64,000 nt of DNA from a virus: IMG/VR virus record IMGVR_UViG_3300009194_000008, positions 1 through 64,000 of that record; one strand, given 5' to 3'. Of this stretch, positions 38,910 to 48,973 are shown piece by piece (within the stretch, counting starts at the first letter, position 1; each line of letters starts with the position of its first letter). The position numbers and the translations under genes were made by a program. The notes beneath the pieces are model-generated. The model had not been told where the DNA came from, did no database searches, and saw nothing but the letters and a program-made list of their open reading frames with translations.

Positions 38910-39189
38910 TGATTCACCTCGATATATAACGTATCGGGATCAGCCGGTACGGGTATGCCACCGACTGGAACCACCGCAATATGTTTAAACCCACTGGCTT
39001 GGGCATACTGGGGGTGGGGATCACTCTCACCAACGTGACGGTTGACAGATTTCATCGTGTGTCCGCCCGGTGTTGCGCCGTCATGAACACGTAGTTCACG
39101 AGCTTCATGGTCGATAGTGATTTCACCACCTTCACCAGTATAAGCGTCGTTGGCTTGGGTATCCCCTCGCGAGTGTAAAAACTTTTTCA
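38906..39189 (-). CDS. small protein with Mtd-N-like module
   Basis: RGDTQANDAYTGEGGEITIDHEARELRVHDGATPGG; start approximate (track start 39202). Confidence 0.65.
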
Positions 39190-39286
39190 TAGGGTATCTC
39201 ATTTAACGAAGTGAATGCCATATGATCCATCCGCAACCCCATGGAAAGACGACATAAACGCCGAGCCTCAGCCCGGCGTCATTTGG

Positions 39287-39679
39287 TTAGCCGATACTAC
39301 CCTGATCCAGCGTCCAACTACCGCTGGCATCACTGAAACCCATGGCTTCGAGCGTCTCGCGAACCGCAGTCTGTGCTCGGGTGTCGGTGAAGTAGAGGTT
39401 GGTGGCGCCTTCCGCCAATTCATCGGTCGTTTCAGGACCACTGCCGCTACCACCAGCCCCAGACAGGTTGATGTACGTGCTGCCTGACCAGCGGTAGAGC
39501 TGGTTGGTATCCAGAGCGACATAGATGATACCGGCATCCCCTTCAGCGGGGAAGGACGCTTGGTCCGCGAACTCCCGTACGTCATCCACATATGCCGGTA
39601 GCTGGGTATTGGGAACTTGCCCAGTGTCATCCAGTTGAGACAGGGTATAAACCTTATCCCGAATATGAAGCTTTAACAT
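39287..39679 (-). CDS. short fibre protein, internally deleted paralogue of 48974-49792
   Basis: Shares QLPAYVDDV, YRWSGS.YIN, LAEG.TNLYFTDTRA and MGFSDA.G.W.LDQGSI. Confidence 0.75.
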   Translation of the reverse strand: MLKLHIRDKVYTLSQLDDTGQVPNTQLPAYVDDVREFADQASFPAEGDAGIIYVALDTNQLYRWSGSTYINLSGAGGSGSGPETTDELAEGATNLYFTDTRAQTAVRETLEAMGFSDASGSWTLDQGSIG

Positions 39680-39737
39680 GAAACTCTCCTAAAAAAGGGT
39701 CCCCGAAGGGACCCTAGCTTTATTGCTTAACTGCCTA

Positions 39738-40746
39738 TTAGTCAATCAATTCCAACACAGGTCGCCACGCAGATTCTGAATTACCTGCGGTATTCTCAGT
39801 TTCGTTGTTAGAATACCCGACACGACGACCAATACGGTAATCAAGGCCATTTTCTGTACGGCCTGCTTTTTCCTGCACCCACGCCTCGCCCGATCCAATG
39901 TCACCGCTTTCCAGTGACGCCCACTTGGGTTCGGTTTCATTGGGGTTCGGTCTTGCATCGACCTTGATCATCAGACGGTCCCATTCCGAACCGACCTGAC
40001 TTGCGTGGTCTTCCAGACCACGCCATGAGTCGGCATCCACGACCGGATCCTCGGTAGAACCACTCATCAGACGTACCCGATAGTTGTGACCCCAGAGGTG
40101 GACCACACGGTTTTGGTTAACCGGATCACCATACGGGTGGGTACCGGGCCCATCGACACCATAGACCAGGCCTTTCTGGTACAGTTCCTTATAGGTAACA
40201 TCCTGAAGGACGGGTTTCATGGACATGAACAATGTCTTGCCATCCAATGAAAACTTCAACCAACCACCATCCGGACTCGGGTTCCTCCCCTTAACACCTA
40301 ACATATCGGTTAAGAGTCGATAGTCAATCAGTTGTGATTGTTCCACCTGCCCATAGTAACCTGCTGTGGTGTCGCCTGCTACGACGGCTGAAGCTCCCGG
40401 TATGAAAACATGTTCCGGGATATCCAGAGCGACCCATCGTCCGTTCTTACGACCAAGTACCATGTCGTTGTGTGGGTCCCGTAAGTAAGAATCATGACGC
40501 ATGTATTCTTCGGGAAGGATACCATTGTCGTTGAGACCGGGTACTACCGAACCAACATCGGCCTTATCGAACTTATAGGTCAGTTTTTGGTTGATTAATC
40601 CCGTGGTAGGTGCCTCATTGGGGAGCACCACACCACCAGGGGTCTGACCATTGTGGACACGCACCGTTTGGAATGTGGTGTCAAATACCATCTCTCCGGG
40701 TTCGCCCACATACGCGCCACTCTCGGGGTATGCCATGTGAGGCATG
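39738..40746 (-). CDS. virion protein: Mtd-N-like module plus WRPVLEL-type C-terminal domain
   Basis: GEMVFDT...VRVHNGQTPGG; WLKF, GSEWDRLM and WRPVLEL; start approximate (track start 40760). Confidence 0.65.
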
Positions 40747-40770
40747 ATCAACTTATTCATTGATTACTCC

Positions 40771-43020
40771 TTATGCGTAAACATGGATGCTCGGCATGCG
40801 TTCTGCTTCGGGGAGATCAACCAGTTCAAGTACTGGCCGATAACCGATATCTCCGGCGATGGTATCAACCGAAATGGTTTCAATGGCAAGCGGATCCCCT
40901 GTGTTACCACGCAGAACGGCTTCTCCAGCGGTAGAACCTAATTCCTGAACCCACTGGCGGCGCCCATCAACGCTAGTATCGAACCCGAGTTCCTCAGCCG
41001 TAAATGACCCCCAACGATCTGCTTCAGGTACATCACTACCTGACCATAAGTGACGCATGACCATGTCCCATTCTGACCCTGCAGTTGACGCCCCATCGGT
41101 ATAGGGGTCTTCATTAGTCCCAGATAAAAGACGGAACTGATATTGGTAGATCGCATCACTCTGGTAATGAACTGCCGGATCTGTGACAACAATCTCCTTT
41201 GCCAGGATTTCATTATAGGTCACGTTTCGAGTGACTTGTCGAAGTGGCATGTAGCAAATCTTACCTTGATAAGAATACTTTACCCACGCTACCTCTCGGG
41301 GTGGTTGATCAACACGGTCACTGTAGGACTTACGGAGATCGTAAATATCACCTAATGAAAAAAGACTAATGACCGCCTGTGTATCCAAGAAACCGTAGAA
41401 CCCAAACTCCGCGTCGCCTTTCTGTAACACTGCAGGACCAACACCTGTTGCCGGTACCGGGAAATACGAGTGAGGATCAAAGGGTCGAGAAACCGGCGCG
41501 GCATTAAATGTCTGTTCAGGAACCCCGATACAACCTGACCAATTTTTCCCCCACGTCCGTATTTCGCCGTTCATTAGCATGGCGATGGTACTATAGTGGT
41601 CATTACGCACCCAACGTACTCCCGACATAATAAACGTCGGTGAACCTGTACCACTAATGTTATCATCTTCGGTGTAGGTGTCCGTGGTCGGGTCATACCC
41701 CCAAGAACCATCACCAACTTCAGCCCAGTAGTTGTGTCCCCAGCCATAGAGGTCGCCGTTCTTGGTGATGGCGAAGTACGCGCCCTCAAAACCCGTTACA
41801 ACATCAACGACGTTCTTACCCATGAGGAAAGGGGTGGGGTTGTGGAAATACTGTGCCCTGTCCCATCCATCAGTATCGGCCGTCTCATCGCCTGGGATGG
41901 TCCCAAAAATATAGGCGTCACCGTTGGTTTTTACGGCAACAAATCCGGTCCAATCACCTATACCGGACAAGAAGTCCCAGTCATTGTCATTTCCCAGGCG
42001 CTCCCAAGTCATACTGAGGCGGAATTCCGTGACCGTGTCCTGCTCCCAACCGGTATCTGTCTCACCGGCATAATACAGATAGCCTTGCTCGTCAATCAGT
42101 AGACCGACGTAACTACCGAAAGCCATGCGGCGTTTAGGAGTTGCTTTTGGAGCACTACTCACCAGAACCGGGGTGTAGGCATCTTCTTCGTGTCCTTCGC
42201 CGGTGGCAGACCCATAGTAGTTATACCCCCAACTATAAATGTTACCCGTGTTGGATACAGCATACCCACGCCAATAGAGGCTATCCACATAAACGACGGG
42301 TTCGGGAATGGGTAGGAGGGTAGGAATTGGATCGTTCCCGGTTTCTGTTTCACGCCCAATTGCACCCATCGAATCATCACCCCACGACCATAAAGTGCCG
42401 TCAGCTTTGATACCGAAGGATGCGCCATATTCTCCAGCATGGACGAAGGTCCAGTCATCGCCAGGGATTACCGTTTCAGGCGGCCAGATAATTTCTCCCG
42501 CACGGTCGCTAGGGATGCCGTACTCGCCTTCGTATTCTTCTTCACCTGCAGTCCAGATATGTCCTTCCGTATCGAGCGCCATCAGTCCAGATGACCATGG
42601 GTCTGAGGTCACCATTTTGAACCGCTTTTCGGGCATGATTTCGACATACCCGTTAAACGCTACGTCCCAGAACGAACCGGTAACGAAGAGGCGACCGTCA
42701 TCGTCAATATAAGCGCTGTGGTATTCAGCTACTGCTGCTTGATGATGGTGGAGGTGGTAGGAAGGCTGTGAAAGTGATACGGGGGTAACGGCTTCACCAC
42801 CTTCTACTTGAACCCACTCCCCGTCTTTACGTACATAGGCCACCCCATCCTTGGGTGCTTCACTGGGGATGGACGTTCCACCGGGCGTATTACCGTCATG
42901 AAGACGGAGCTCACCCACGTCGGTGTCAATACTCAATGTCCCGTCTTCCCCCGTGTAGAACTGGTGTTCAATACCAGTACCACGAGGGAACTTGGGTGTG
43001 TTGGGTTTATCGTTTGCCAT
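40771..43020 (-). CDS. virion adhesin: Mtd-N-like module, RCC1-repeat propeller and YRPVLEL-type domain
   Basis: LRLHDGNTPGG; repeated G.LW/Y.WG.N..G units; GSEWD and GYRPVLEL. Confidence 0.75.
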   Translation of the reverse strand: MANDKPNTPKFPRGTGIEHQFYTGEDGTLSIDTDVGELRLHDGNTPGGTSIPSEAPKDGVAYVRKDGEWVQVEGGEAVTPVSLSQPSYHLHHHQAAVAEYHSAYIDDDGRLFVTGSFWDVAFNGYVEIMPEKRFKMVTSDPWSSGLMALDTEGHIWTAGEEEYEGEYGIPSDRAGEIIWPPETVIPGDDWTFVHAGEYGASFGIKADGTLWSWGDDSMGAIGRETETGNDPIPTLLPIPEPVVYVDSLYWRGYAVSNTGNIYSWGYNYYGSATGEGHEEDAYTPVLVSSAPKATPKRRMAFGSYVGLLIDEQGYLYYAGETDTGWEQDTVTEFRLSMTWERLGNDNDWDFLSGIGDWTGFVAVKTNGDAYIFGTIPGDETADTDGWDRAQYFHNPTPFLMGKNVVDVVTGFEGAYFAITKNGDLYGWGHNYWAEVGDGSWGYDPTTDTYTEDDNISGTGSPTFIMSGVRWVRNDHYSTIAMLMNGEIRTWGKNWSGCIGVPEQTFNAAPVSRPFDPHSYFPVPATGVGPAVLQKGDAEFGFYGFLDTQAVISLFSLGDIYDLRKSYSDRVDQPPREVAWVKYSYQGKICYMPLRQVTRNVTYNEILAKEIVVTDPAVHYQSDAIYQYQFRLLSGTNEDPYTDGASTAGSEWDMVMRHLWSGSDVPEADRWGSFTAEELGFDTSVDGRRQWVQELGSTAGEAVLRGNTGDPLAIETISVDTIAGDIGYRPVLELVDLPEAERMPSIHVYA

Positions 43021-43068
43021 CTCTGTTCTCCTAAAGAAGAGCGCCCCTAAAGGCGCTCTTTATTGACA

Positions 43069-45078
43069 TCAAGCTTGTGTAACAAAACCATGAAGAACAA
43101 CACGGACCTTATGGTCAGTACCAGTACTTGCGGCTGCAACAGATACTTCAAGTGAGGTGGTTCCGTCGAGGAGCAATGGTTCATGTGTTTCGCGACCACC
43201 CGCCACCGTGCTAGTGACGAGTGTATTTCCCAGGTAATTACCCGGAGTGGTGTTGTCAGCACCAATCTGGATCGCAGGATCACCAGCCACATCACTGGCG
43301 GATACTACTACAACATCAAAACGGTCCACATACAGCGTTTTCCCATCACTTACCGGGAATGTCGCTACCGCCGCGGAATCCGCTAAGTCAACGACATCAC
43401 TCAACATTACCACCGGTTCAACAGCAGGCTCGGGCTCTGCAGGCGGAACCGGGTGCTTGAGGACACCCACTTGTTGTTGCGGAACCGACAACTTCTGCTT
43501 TCTCGGGTCGTAGGGTAACTGCTGAATACCATCCCCAACGCTACCGTAGTAAGACTGGTCCTTGTGGGAGAAGACACCAAATTTCCACGGGGAAAGACCG
43601 TTGATATCAGAAACTTTTGTGTTGCTCAAGAGGGTTCGGGAGTCGAGGTCGTAGGTTAGGACATGAGAATTTGTAAAGAAAGTAACTGTCCCATTGTCTT
43701 CGTCAATTGCAGCGGTGTCCTTGACTTTACCCAGATCCATCTCCTGAGTACCGTCTGCTGGGTACCAAACAGTTTCCTCAACCAGATCAATGATCCGGAA
43801 CAAGTGGACACCAGTACCACAGTCGGCAATAGTGACTACCCACGCATACCGGTCATCCCGAACAAATACCGCACCACTTTGTACATCGCCAGTGGAGTTG
43901 TCAAGGTCCTCCTGAGCTGAATCGATGTTTTTATTAAGGGTGTATGTTCCGGTTAGGGTATCGTAGTCAAATACCAGTGCGGGGTTAACAATACCCGACC
44001 AAATGTGAGTGGCCACCAACTTATTCAGCGACGGCACAACCGCAAGGTTACGCGTCACTATGGTTTCCCCAGTTGCGGCGTAATGTTCAGCCGTGTAAGG
44101 TATTTCTGGAAGACTGATGGACCAATCCGACGTGTCCAACACAGTGAAACCGTGAACGTGTTCACGTCCGTCGTTAGTTTCATTCCATGCGTTGTTTTCT
44201 GACGTGATTACGATTTTCGTGGTACCGTCAATAAAGGCGAGGTCACGAGGGCCCCAGCAGTACATTAAGTCGAGGAACTGTTGTTCATCGGCGCGGACCT
44301 CTCGCTCCAGCGTCCAATCCGCGGTGCTGTAACACCGAATTACCCCGGAACCTTCCCATTTATCGTCGGGATTAACATTAGTTGAATAGTACCCTAAGAC
44401 GATAAACAACCGACTGCCGTCCGGGGAAAACACAGCGGAGTACGGATCTACACTAGTATCAGCTGGAACACCGGGGAGTTCAGCAGTGAGTGAATTGGTG
44501 TCCGTGTCATAGACCCGAGCGGTCGGTTTCGTGTTGTCGTCGTACGTCGAGTCCAGGACAACCAAGTATTTTTCGTCGGGGGAAAGTGTCACCCGTCGGG
44601 AAGTGGACCCAATAGCGGTTGCCCATTCGAGAGTTTCAGCGCTACCCATCACGGGTAGTTTCTTGAATCCGTCATCTAGGGCGATACTCGTTGCCGTGCC
44701 ATCACCGTGGACTTCCACCAGACCTGAGTCGTCAAATGCCGACCAAGTCCCCGCCCCGGTGGCGAGCAGTTCCGCGGTGAAGCGCAGTTCGACCTTGGTG
44801 CCAACCTCCCAGCCTTCGGCCGGACGGGTGGTACCTTCCAGCCCACCCACAATCGTCAGGGTATTACCACTAACACCAGTGACGTCGATGACCTCACGGG
44901 CGGTTTCAACGTATTGGGAATCGATCACTTCGGTCTTGAACAGAGTCAGACGATACCGGTAATCTTCACTTGCCCCCACCAGACGATCACCACCATCGGC
45001 GAGTTCCAGTGTAGTGGCATCTACGGCCAGCGGCTGTGCGAGTGCCGCCTTAAAAGCATTTAAAAATCCATAACGCAT
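43069..45078 (-). CDS. tail fibre/spike protein with YncE/YVTN-like beta-propeller
   Basis: LSPDEKYLVV and FSPDGSRLFI blades; N-terminal virion-attachment-type segment. Confidence 0.6.
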   Translation of the reverse strand: MRYGFLNAFKAALAQPLAVDATTLELADGGDRLVGASEDYRYRLTLFKTEVIDSQYVETAREVIDVTGVSGNTLTIVGGLEGTTRPAEGWEVGTKVELRFTAELLATGAGTWSAFDDSGLVEVHGDGTATSIALDDGFKKLPVMGSAETLEWATAIGSTSRRVTLSPDEKYLVVLDSTYDDNTKPTARVYDTDTNSLTAELPGVPADTSVDPYSAVFSPDGSRLFIVLGYYSTNVNPDDKWEGSGVIRCYSTADWTLEREVRADEQQFLDLMYCWGPRDLAFIDGTTKIVITSENNAWNETNDGREHVHGFTVLDTSDWSISLPEIPYTAEHYAATGETIVTRNLAVVPSLNKLVATHIWSGIVNPALVFDYDTLTGTYTLNKNIDSAQEDLDNSTGDVQSGAVFVRDDRYAWVVTIADCGTGVHLFRIIDLVEETVWYPADGTQEMDLGKVKDTAAIDEDNGTVTFFTNSHVLTYDLDSRTLLSNTKVSDINGLSPWKFGVFSHKDQSYYGSVGDGIQQLPYDPRKQKLSVPQQQVGVLKHPVPPAEPEPAVEPVVMLSDVVDLADSAAVATFPVSDGKTLYVDRFDVVVVSASDVAGDPAIQIGADNTTPGNYLGNTLVTSTVAGGRETHEPLLLDGTTSLEVSVAAASTGTDHKVRVVLHGFVTQA

Positions 45079-45101
45079 GTCGTGTTACTCCTAAATCGAT
45101 T

Positions 45102-45356
45102 TTACCCGAGCGTGGTGGTGCCTAACGCGTAACCACCCACTGTTTTAGACTGCCCCATCATTGGGATGTCCACATAATCTGCCAAGAAACCCCCATCCAT
45201 TGATCCCGAACTGGAAACCAATGAACCACCGGGGGTGATACCGTCATGGATGCGCAGTTCCCCACGCTCACTATCGATAGTAATTTCGCCGTCACCACCC
45301 ACGTACAGGTCGTTCTTTTGCGTAGTACCCCGACGGTGTAAGTACTGCTTCGTCAT
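45102..45356 (-). CDS. small protein consisting mostly of the Mtd-N-like module
   Basis: HRRGTTQKNDLYVGGDGEITIDSERGELRIHDGITPGG. Confidence 0.7.
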   Translation of the reverse strand: MTKQYLHRRGTTQKNDLYVGGDGEITIDSERGELRIHDGITPGGSLVSSSGSMDGGFLADYVDIPMMGQSKTVGGYALGTTTLG

Positions 45357-45439
45357 TGTATCTTACCCCTTTTCAATATAATGCCACCCTCACTCTACAC
45401 ATTTAATTGGAGTGAGGGTGGGATCATATCCTTTATTTG

Positions 45440-45901
45440 TTAGGCCAGTTCACCGGCATCCACGGTGTTCTGCCAAACACTGTCGGGCAGATCCGTTTCA
45501 GCGTTCTGTACGGTGTAGATGGAGGCGATACGAGCAACGGAAGCCGCTACCATACTGGAGTCCCAGTACGCTGCCAGCATGCCATTACGCGGAGTGGCAA
45601 TACCACCACGCGTCACCAGACCAAACCCAGGAGTGTCGGCATCGGTAGTCGGACGGTCGTTGAGGGCGATGGAGAGACTGAACTCACCGCTGCCTTCATC
45701 GGACACCGCCAGGACGTTCCATACCGCACCACCTGGCTCGATCATGACGTCGCCCACGGTGATGGGGTTATCGACAGGGTTCTGGCCCTGCGGATAGTTG
45801 ACCCGAACCCCAATGTTGTCCCACTGACCATTGACATCGTCAAAGGACTGCAGGCCATTGAAGCCCAGGATTTCGATACCTGCTAAAATCATAGTGGTCA
45901 C
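45440..45901 (-). CDS. probable virion protein
   Basis: Directly after the collagen-like gene; similar codon bias. Confidence 0.6.
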   Translation of the reverse strand: MTTMILAGIEILGFNGLQSFDDVNGQWDNIGVRVNYPQGQNPVDNPITVGDVMIEPGGAVWNVLAVSDEGSGEFSLSIALNDRPTTDADTPGFGLVTRGGIATPRNGMLAAYWDSSMVAASVARIASIYTVQNAETDLPDSVWQNTVDAGELA

Positions 45902-45904
45902 CGT

Positions 45905-46756
45905 TTAGAAGTGGATGATAAGGTTCAGCGCATCGTTGCTGGACAGCTGGGTGATGATCACGGTGTTCTCATCCAAAATCTGCATGTTGCGCACACCGGT
46001 GGGGTACAGGGCGGTGATCGGAGACACTTCGGTCACATAGCCGAACCAGTTAACCGGATACTTGCCCTGGTTGTGGGTGATCTTCAGGGAGGTACCATCG
46101 TACTCCTTGGCCACAGTCACGCCATCGGGAACCACGAAGTCATCAGCCGCCCAGCTGATAACGTCGATACGGATCGGCACGGTGCCAGCAGGACCCTGCG
46201 GGCCTTGAGCACCCTGATCGCCTTTATCACCCTTGAGGGAGGCCAGCCAGTCGGTAACACTACCGGTATAGCCTTCGTTGACCGCGACTTCATAGGCCGA
46301 CATGCCATCGGGACCGACCGGGCCCTGGGGACCTTCTTCGCCTTGAATCCCCTGGATGCCTTGTTCACCCTGGACACCCTGCTCACCTTGGTCGCCTTTT
46401 TCGCCTTGGACACCCTGCTCACCCTGCTCGCCCTTCAGGGAATCCAGCCATTCTTGCAGAGTACCGGTAAAGCCTTCACCGACAGCGGCCACATAAGCGG
46501 ACTCACCGGCCGGACCTTCCGGACCCACGAGGGAATCCAGCCATTCCTGGCGGGTACCATTGAAGCCTTCGATTTGGGCCAGCTCGTAGGCGGACTTACC
46601 TTCAGCGCCTTGCTGACCGATCAGCAGGTCGGTACTGATACGACCATTGATGAACGGGCCAGAGTCGCCATCACGGTGGATAACTTCGACGAACTTCTGA
46701 CCGGACAGATCAGGAAGTACCGTCAGTTCCGAGAGCTTTAAACCATTTGCATTCAT
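45905..46756 (-). CDS. collagen-like fibre protein
   Basis: Long Gly-X-Y run (GEQGEQGVQGEKGDQ...) and three SAY..A...GF/Y.G...WL.SL.G repeats; GAGGA RBS before MNANG. Confidence 0.85.
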   Translation of the reverse strand: MNANGLKLSELTVLPDLSGQKFVEVIHRDGDSGPFINGRISTDLLIGQQGAEGKSAYELAQIEGFNGTRQEWLDSLVGPEGPAGESAYVAAVGEGFTGTLQEWLDSLKGEQGEQGVQGEKGDQGEQGVQGEQGIQGIQGEEGPQGPVGPDGMSAYEVAVNEGYTGSVTDWLASLKGDKGDQGAQGPQGPAGTVPIRIDVISWAADDFVVPDGVTVAKEYDGTSLKITHNQGKYPVNWFGYVTEVSPITALYPTGVRNMQILDENTVIITQLSSNDALNLIIHF

Positions 46757-46836
46757 CGTTACTTTCCTCTTTCTAAAAGACAATTGGCATTGTTGCCAGT
46801 CCTACACACCTTAAAAGACCCTAGCCTTTTAAACGA

Positions 46837-47385
46837 TTAGGCGGATTCCAGCATACGGAAATGACCATCTTCCATAAGGCGGCCAATACCGGTACCATCT
46901 TCCATCAGACGCACATCATCAACCGAATCCAGCGACACCAGGCTGACTTCCACCGTGACTTCACCGTACCAGACATAGGACGTCGGCTTGGCCTTCAGGG
47001 TAAACTGGAACGGGTTTTGGCGGGAATGGACCTTGATGCGGTCGAAATCCACGTCACGGGAATTGAGGTTGAACCCCAGCTGACGGTTGATCTCTTCCGC
47101 GATCGAACGATGCGTGGGAGTCCGATCGTCGCGATGGGTAATACTCACCACCGGACCCATGGCAACTGCCATGTCCAGACGCCGATAATACAGAGACTCT
47201 TTACGGCCTCGATCCTGGAGGTACATTTCGATGTAGGTACGACCCGGATCGGTATCGGTAGGAACCGGGATGGGGTCTTCGAAGGACACATTGTAGTCCA
47301 TCACCCCCAACCGCGGATGGGTCTCTTGGATGAGATCTACGAGCGCATCCCGACCCCGCTTTGTGTAACTGTAAATCACTGACAT
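46837..47385 (-). CDS. virion structural protein (YRRLD family, paralogue of 31414-31887)
   Basis: YYRRLDM and SYVWYG; GGAG RBS. Confidence 0.6.
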   Translation of the reverse strand: MSVIYSYTKRGRDALVDLIQETHPRLGVMDYNVSFEDPIPVPTDTDPGRTYIEMYLQDRGRKESLYYRRLDMAVAMGPVVSITHRDDRTPTHRSIAEEINRQLGFNLNSRDVDFDRIKVHSRQNPFQFTLKAKPTSYVWYGEVTVEVSLVSLDSVDDVRLMEDGTGIGRLMEDGHFRMLESA

Positions 47386-47480
47386 ACGTGTGACTCCATG
47401 AACATTTCTCGGTGTTGGCGGACATCTGACTTAGATAAACGTTCGCTGCCATACCATTGTCAATCCCGCCGCGTGTCGCC

Positions 47481-47918
47481 TCAGTAGTTCTCTCGTTTGA
47501 TAAATCCCTGTTCGATCATGATGATTGCATAGTTGCGCCCATCCGGCAGAATGATGTCGGCTTCAACGCGGTTGTAAACTGCCCAGCCATATGAACGTAC
47601 GATAAAACGCTCAGGCAACAGGTCCTGAGCATAGACCGTGGCTTCCTCACCATGGAGCTTTTCTTCCTCGGTCCCTGGACGCCAGGTTTCCGGTGCGTCG
47701 TAGTCACGGATGCGAACCCGGACATCCATCAATACCCCCAACCCCATGCTCAGTCGAACATCGAAGGTGTCGGCATCCACGACATTTATCAACTCACCGA
47801 TGTAATACTGCGTTTCCTCCACATGGTTAAACAGGGGGGTTTCGTCAACATAGGCCTGCGCGGCGAACGACATCACCCAGCACAGTAGCCCGAGAATAAA
47901 ACAACGTAACGTTTTCAT
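47481..47918 (-). CDS. staphylococcal-nuclease (thermonuclease)-like protein with signal peptide
   Basis: VVDADTF, VRIRDYDAPE and YNRVEADI; N-terminal signal ending AQA. Confidence 0.8.
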   Translation of the reverse strand: MKTLRCFILGLLCWVMSFAAQAYVDETPLFNHVEETQYYIGELINVVDADTFDVRLSMGLGVLMDVRVRIRDYDAPETWRPGTEEEKLHGEEATVYAQDLLPERFIVRSYGWAVYNRVEADIILPDGRNYAIIMIEQGFIKRENY

Positions 47919-48011
47919 TTTACCTACCACCTTCAGTTCGTAAACCCTATAACATATCATTCCACGGATTGACGGCATAAAGCGGGTGGGGACAACCCCA
48001 CCCTAGCTTAC

Positions 48012-48869
48012 TTATGTCACACAGGGCCGACTGAAAGCAGCGAAGTGTGCCAAGAGTTTTTCACTCACCGCATGCTTGTGGCCGGCGGGCCCGTTGTAGC
48101 GTCGACTAAAGGCGGTCCACTCGCGGTTTCGTAACGCCTCGTGGAGTACCGGGTCAGCTTTTATAAAACGACTAATGGTCAGTAATTGATGACGTTCACC
48201 TCGCTTCATTTCCGTTACCAGGTCATGAACCGATGCAAACCCGAGGCGTTGCCAATGATACCCCATCAATTGAAACAACCCCCAACCGGTTGATTCCAGA
48301 GCTGCTTCTTCATTGATCGCTGCGGCACGTACCAAGTGGTCGTAGCCTGCCTGGTCCACATGACCGCCGTCGGGATGGCGACCGATGAGGTCAGGGTACT
48401 TACTCAGGTAGTGGGTGGGATCAATCCCTTTGTCTGCCAGCCGCTGGCGCATGATGTGGCGTTCATAGACCACCGTTGGTCGTTCACTGTCAAGAAACCC
48501 AAGTCCTCGCGATTCCACCGCATTGAAAGTCATGACTGTAGCGACGGAAACACCAAGAATTACAGCAGCGTTTTCAACATCCGTTTGCGACAACCAGTGT
48601 GGATCACGTGGATGGCCAGTTAAACACGCCTGCGTCTTAGGGCCCACACGTCCATCTTCTACAAGTTGGTGTTTACGTTGAAACGCTTTTACCGTACGCA
48701 ATAAGGCGTCGTCGAAATGTTCAGTTACGGCAATGGAATGGCCCTGTTCCTGTAGTTGACGTTGTATCCGTGTCACGTTATCGCCGCTATCACCGAAAAC
48801 CGTATGGGGTACCACACAAGGAATAAAGTTGACACTGTTCCACCAGTCAATATCTTGGTAGCTCGACAT
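48012..48869 (-). CDS. endolysin: peptidoglycan-binding domain plus N-acetylmuramidase (DUF3380-type)
   Basis: VKAFQ..HQLVEDGRVGPKT; AVESRG.GF, YERH, WGLFQLMGYHW and YNGP. Confidence 0.88.
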   Translation of the reverse strand: MSSYQDIDWWNSVNFIPCVVPHTVFGDSGDNVTRIQRQLQEQGHSIAVTEHFDDALLRTVKAFQRKHQLVEDGRVGPKTQACLTGHPRDPHWLSQTDVENAAVILGVSVATVMTFNAVESRGLGFLDSERPTVVYERHIMRQRLADKGIDPTHYLSKYPDLIGRHPDGGHVDQAGYDHLVRAAAINEEAALESTGWGLFQLMGYHWQRLGFASVHDLVTEMKRGERHQLLTISRFIKADPVLHEALRNREWTAFSRRYNGPAGHKHAVSEKLLAHFAAFSRPCVT

Positions 48870-48973
48870 CTGACCACCTCATCGTGCGCATTATCGCTGT
48901 TGTTGGCAGGTTGACCATATGATAGTTTTGTTACGGCATAAAACCCCTTCCCTTTGGTGGGAAGGGGTGTCTA

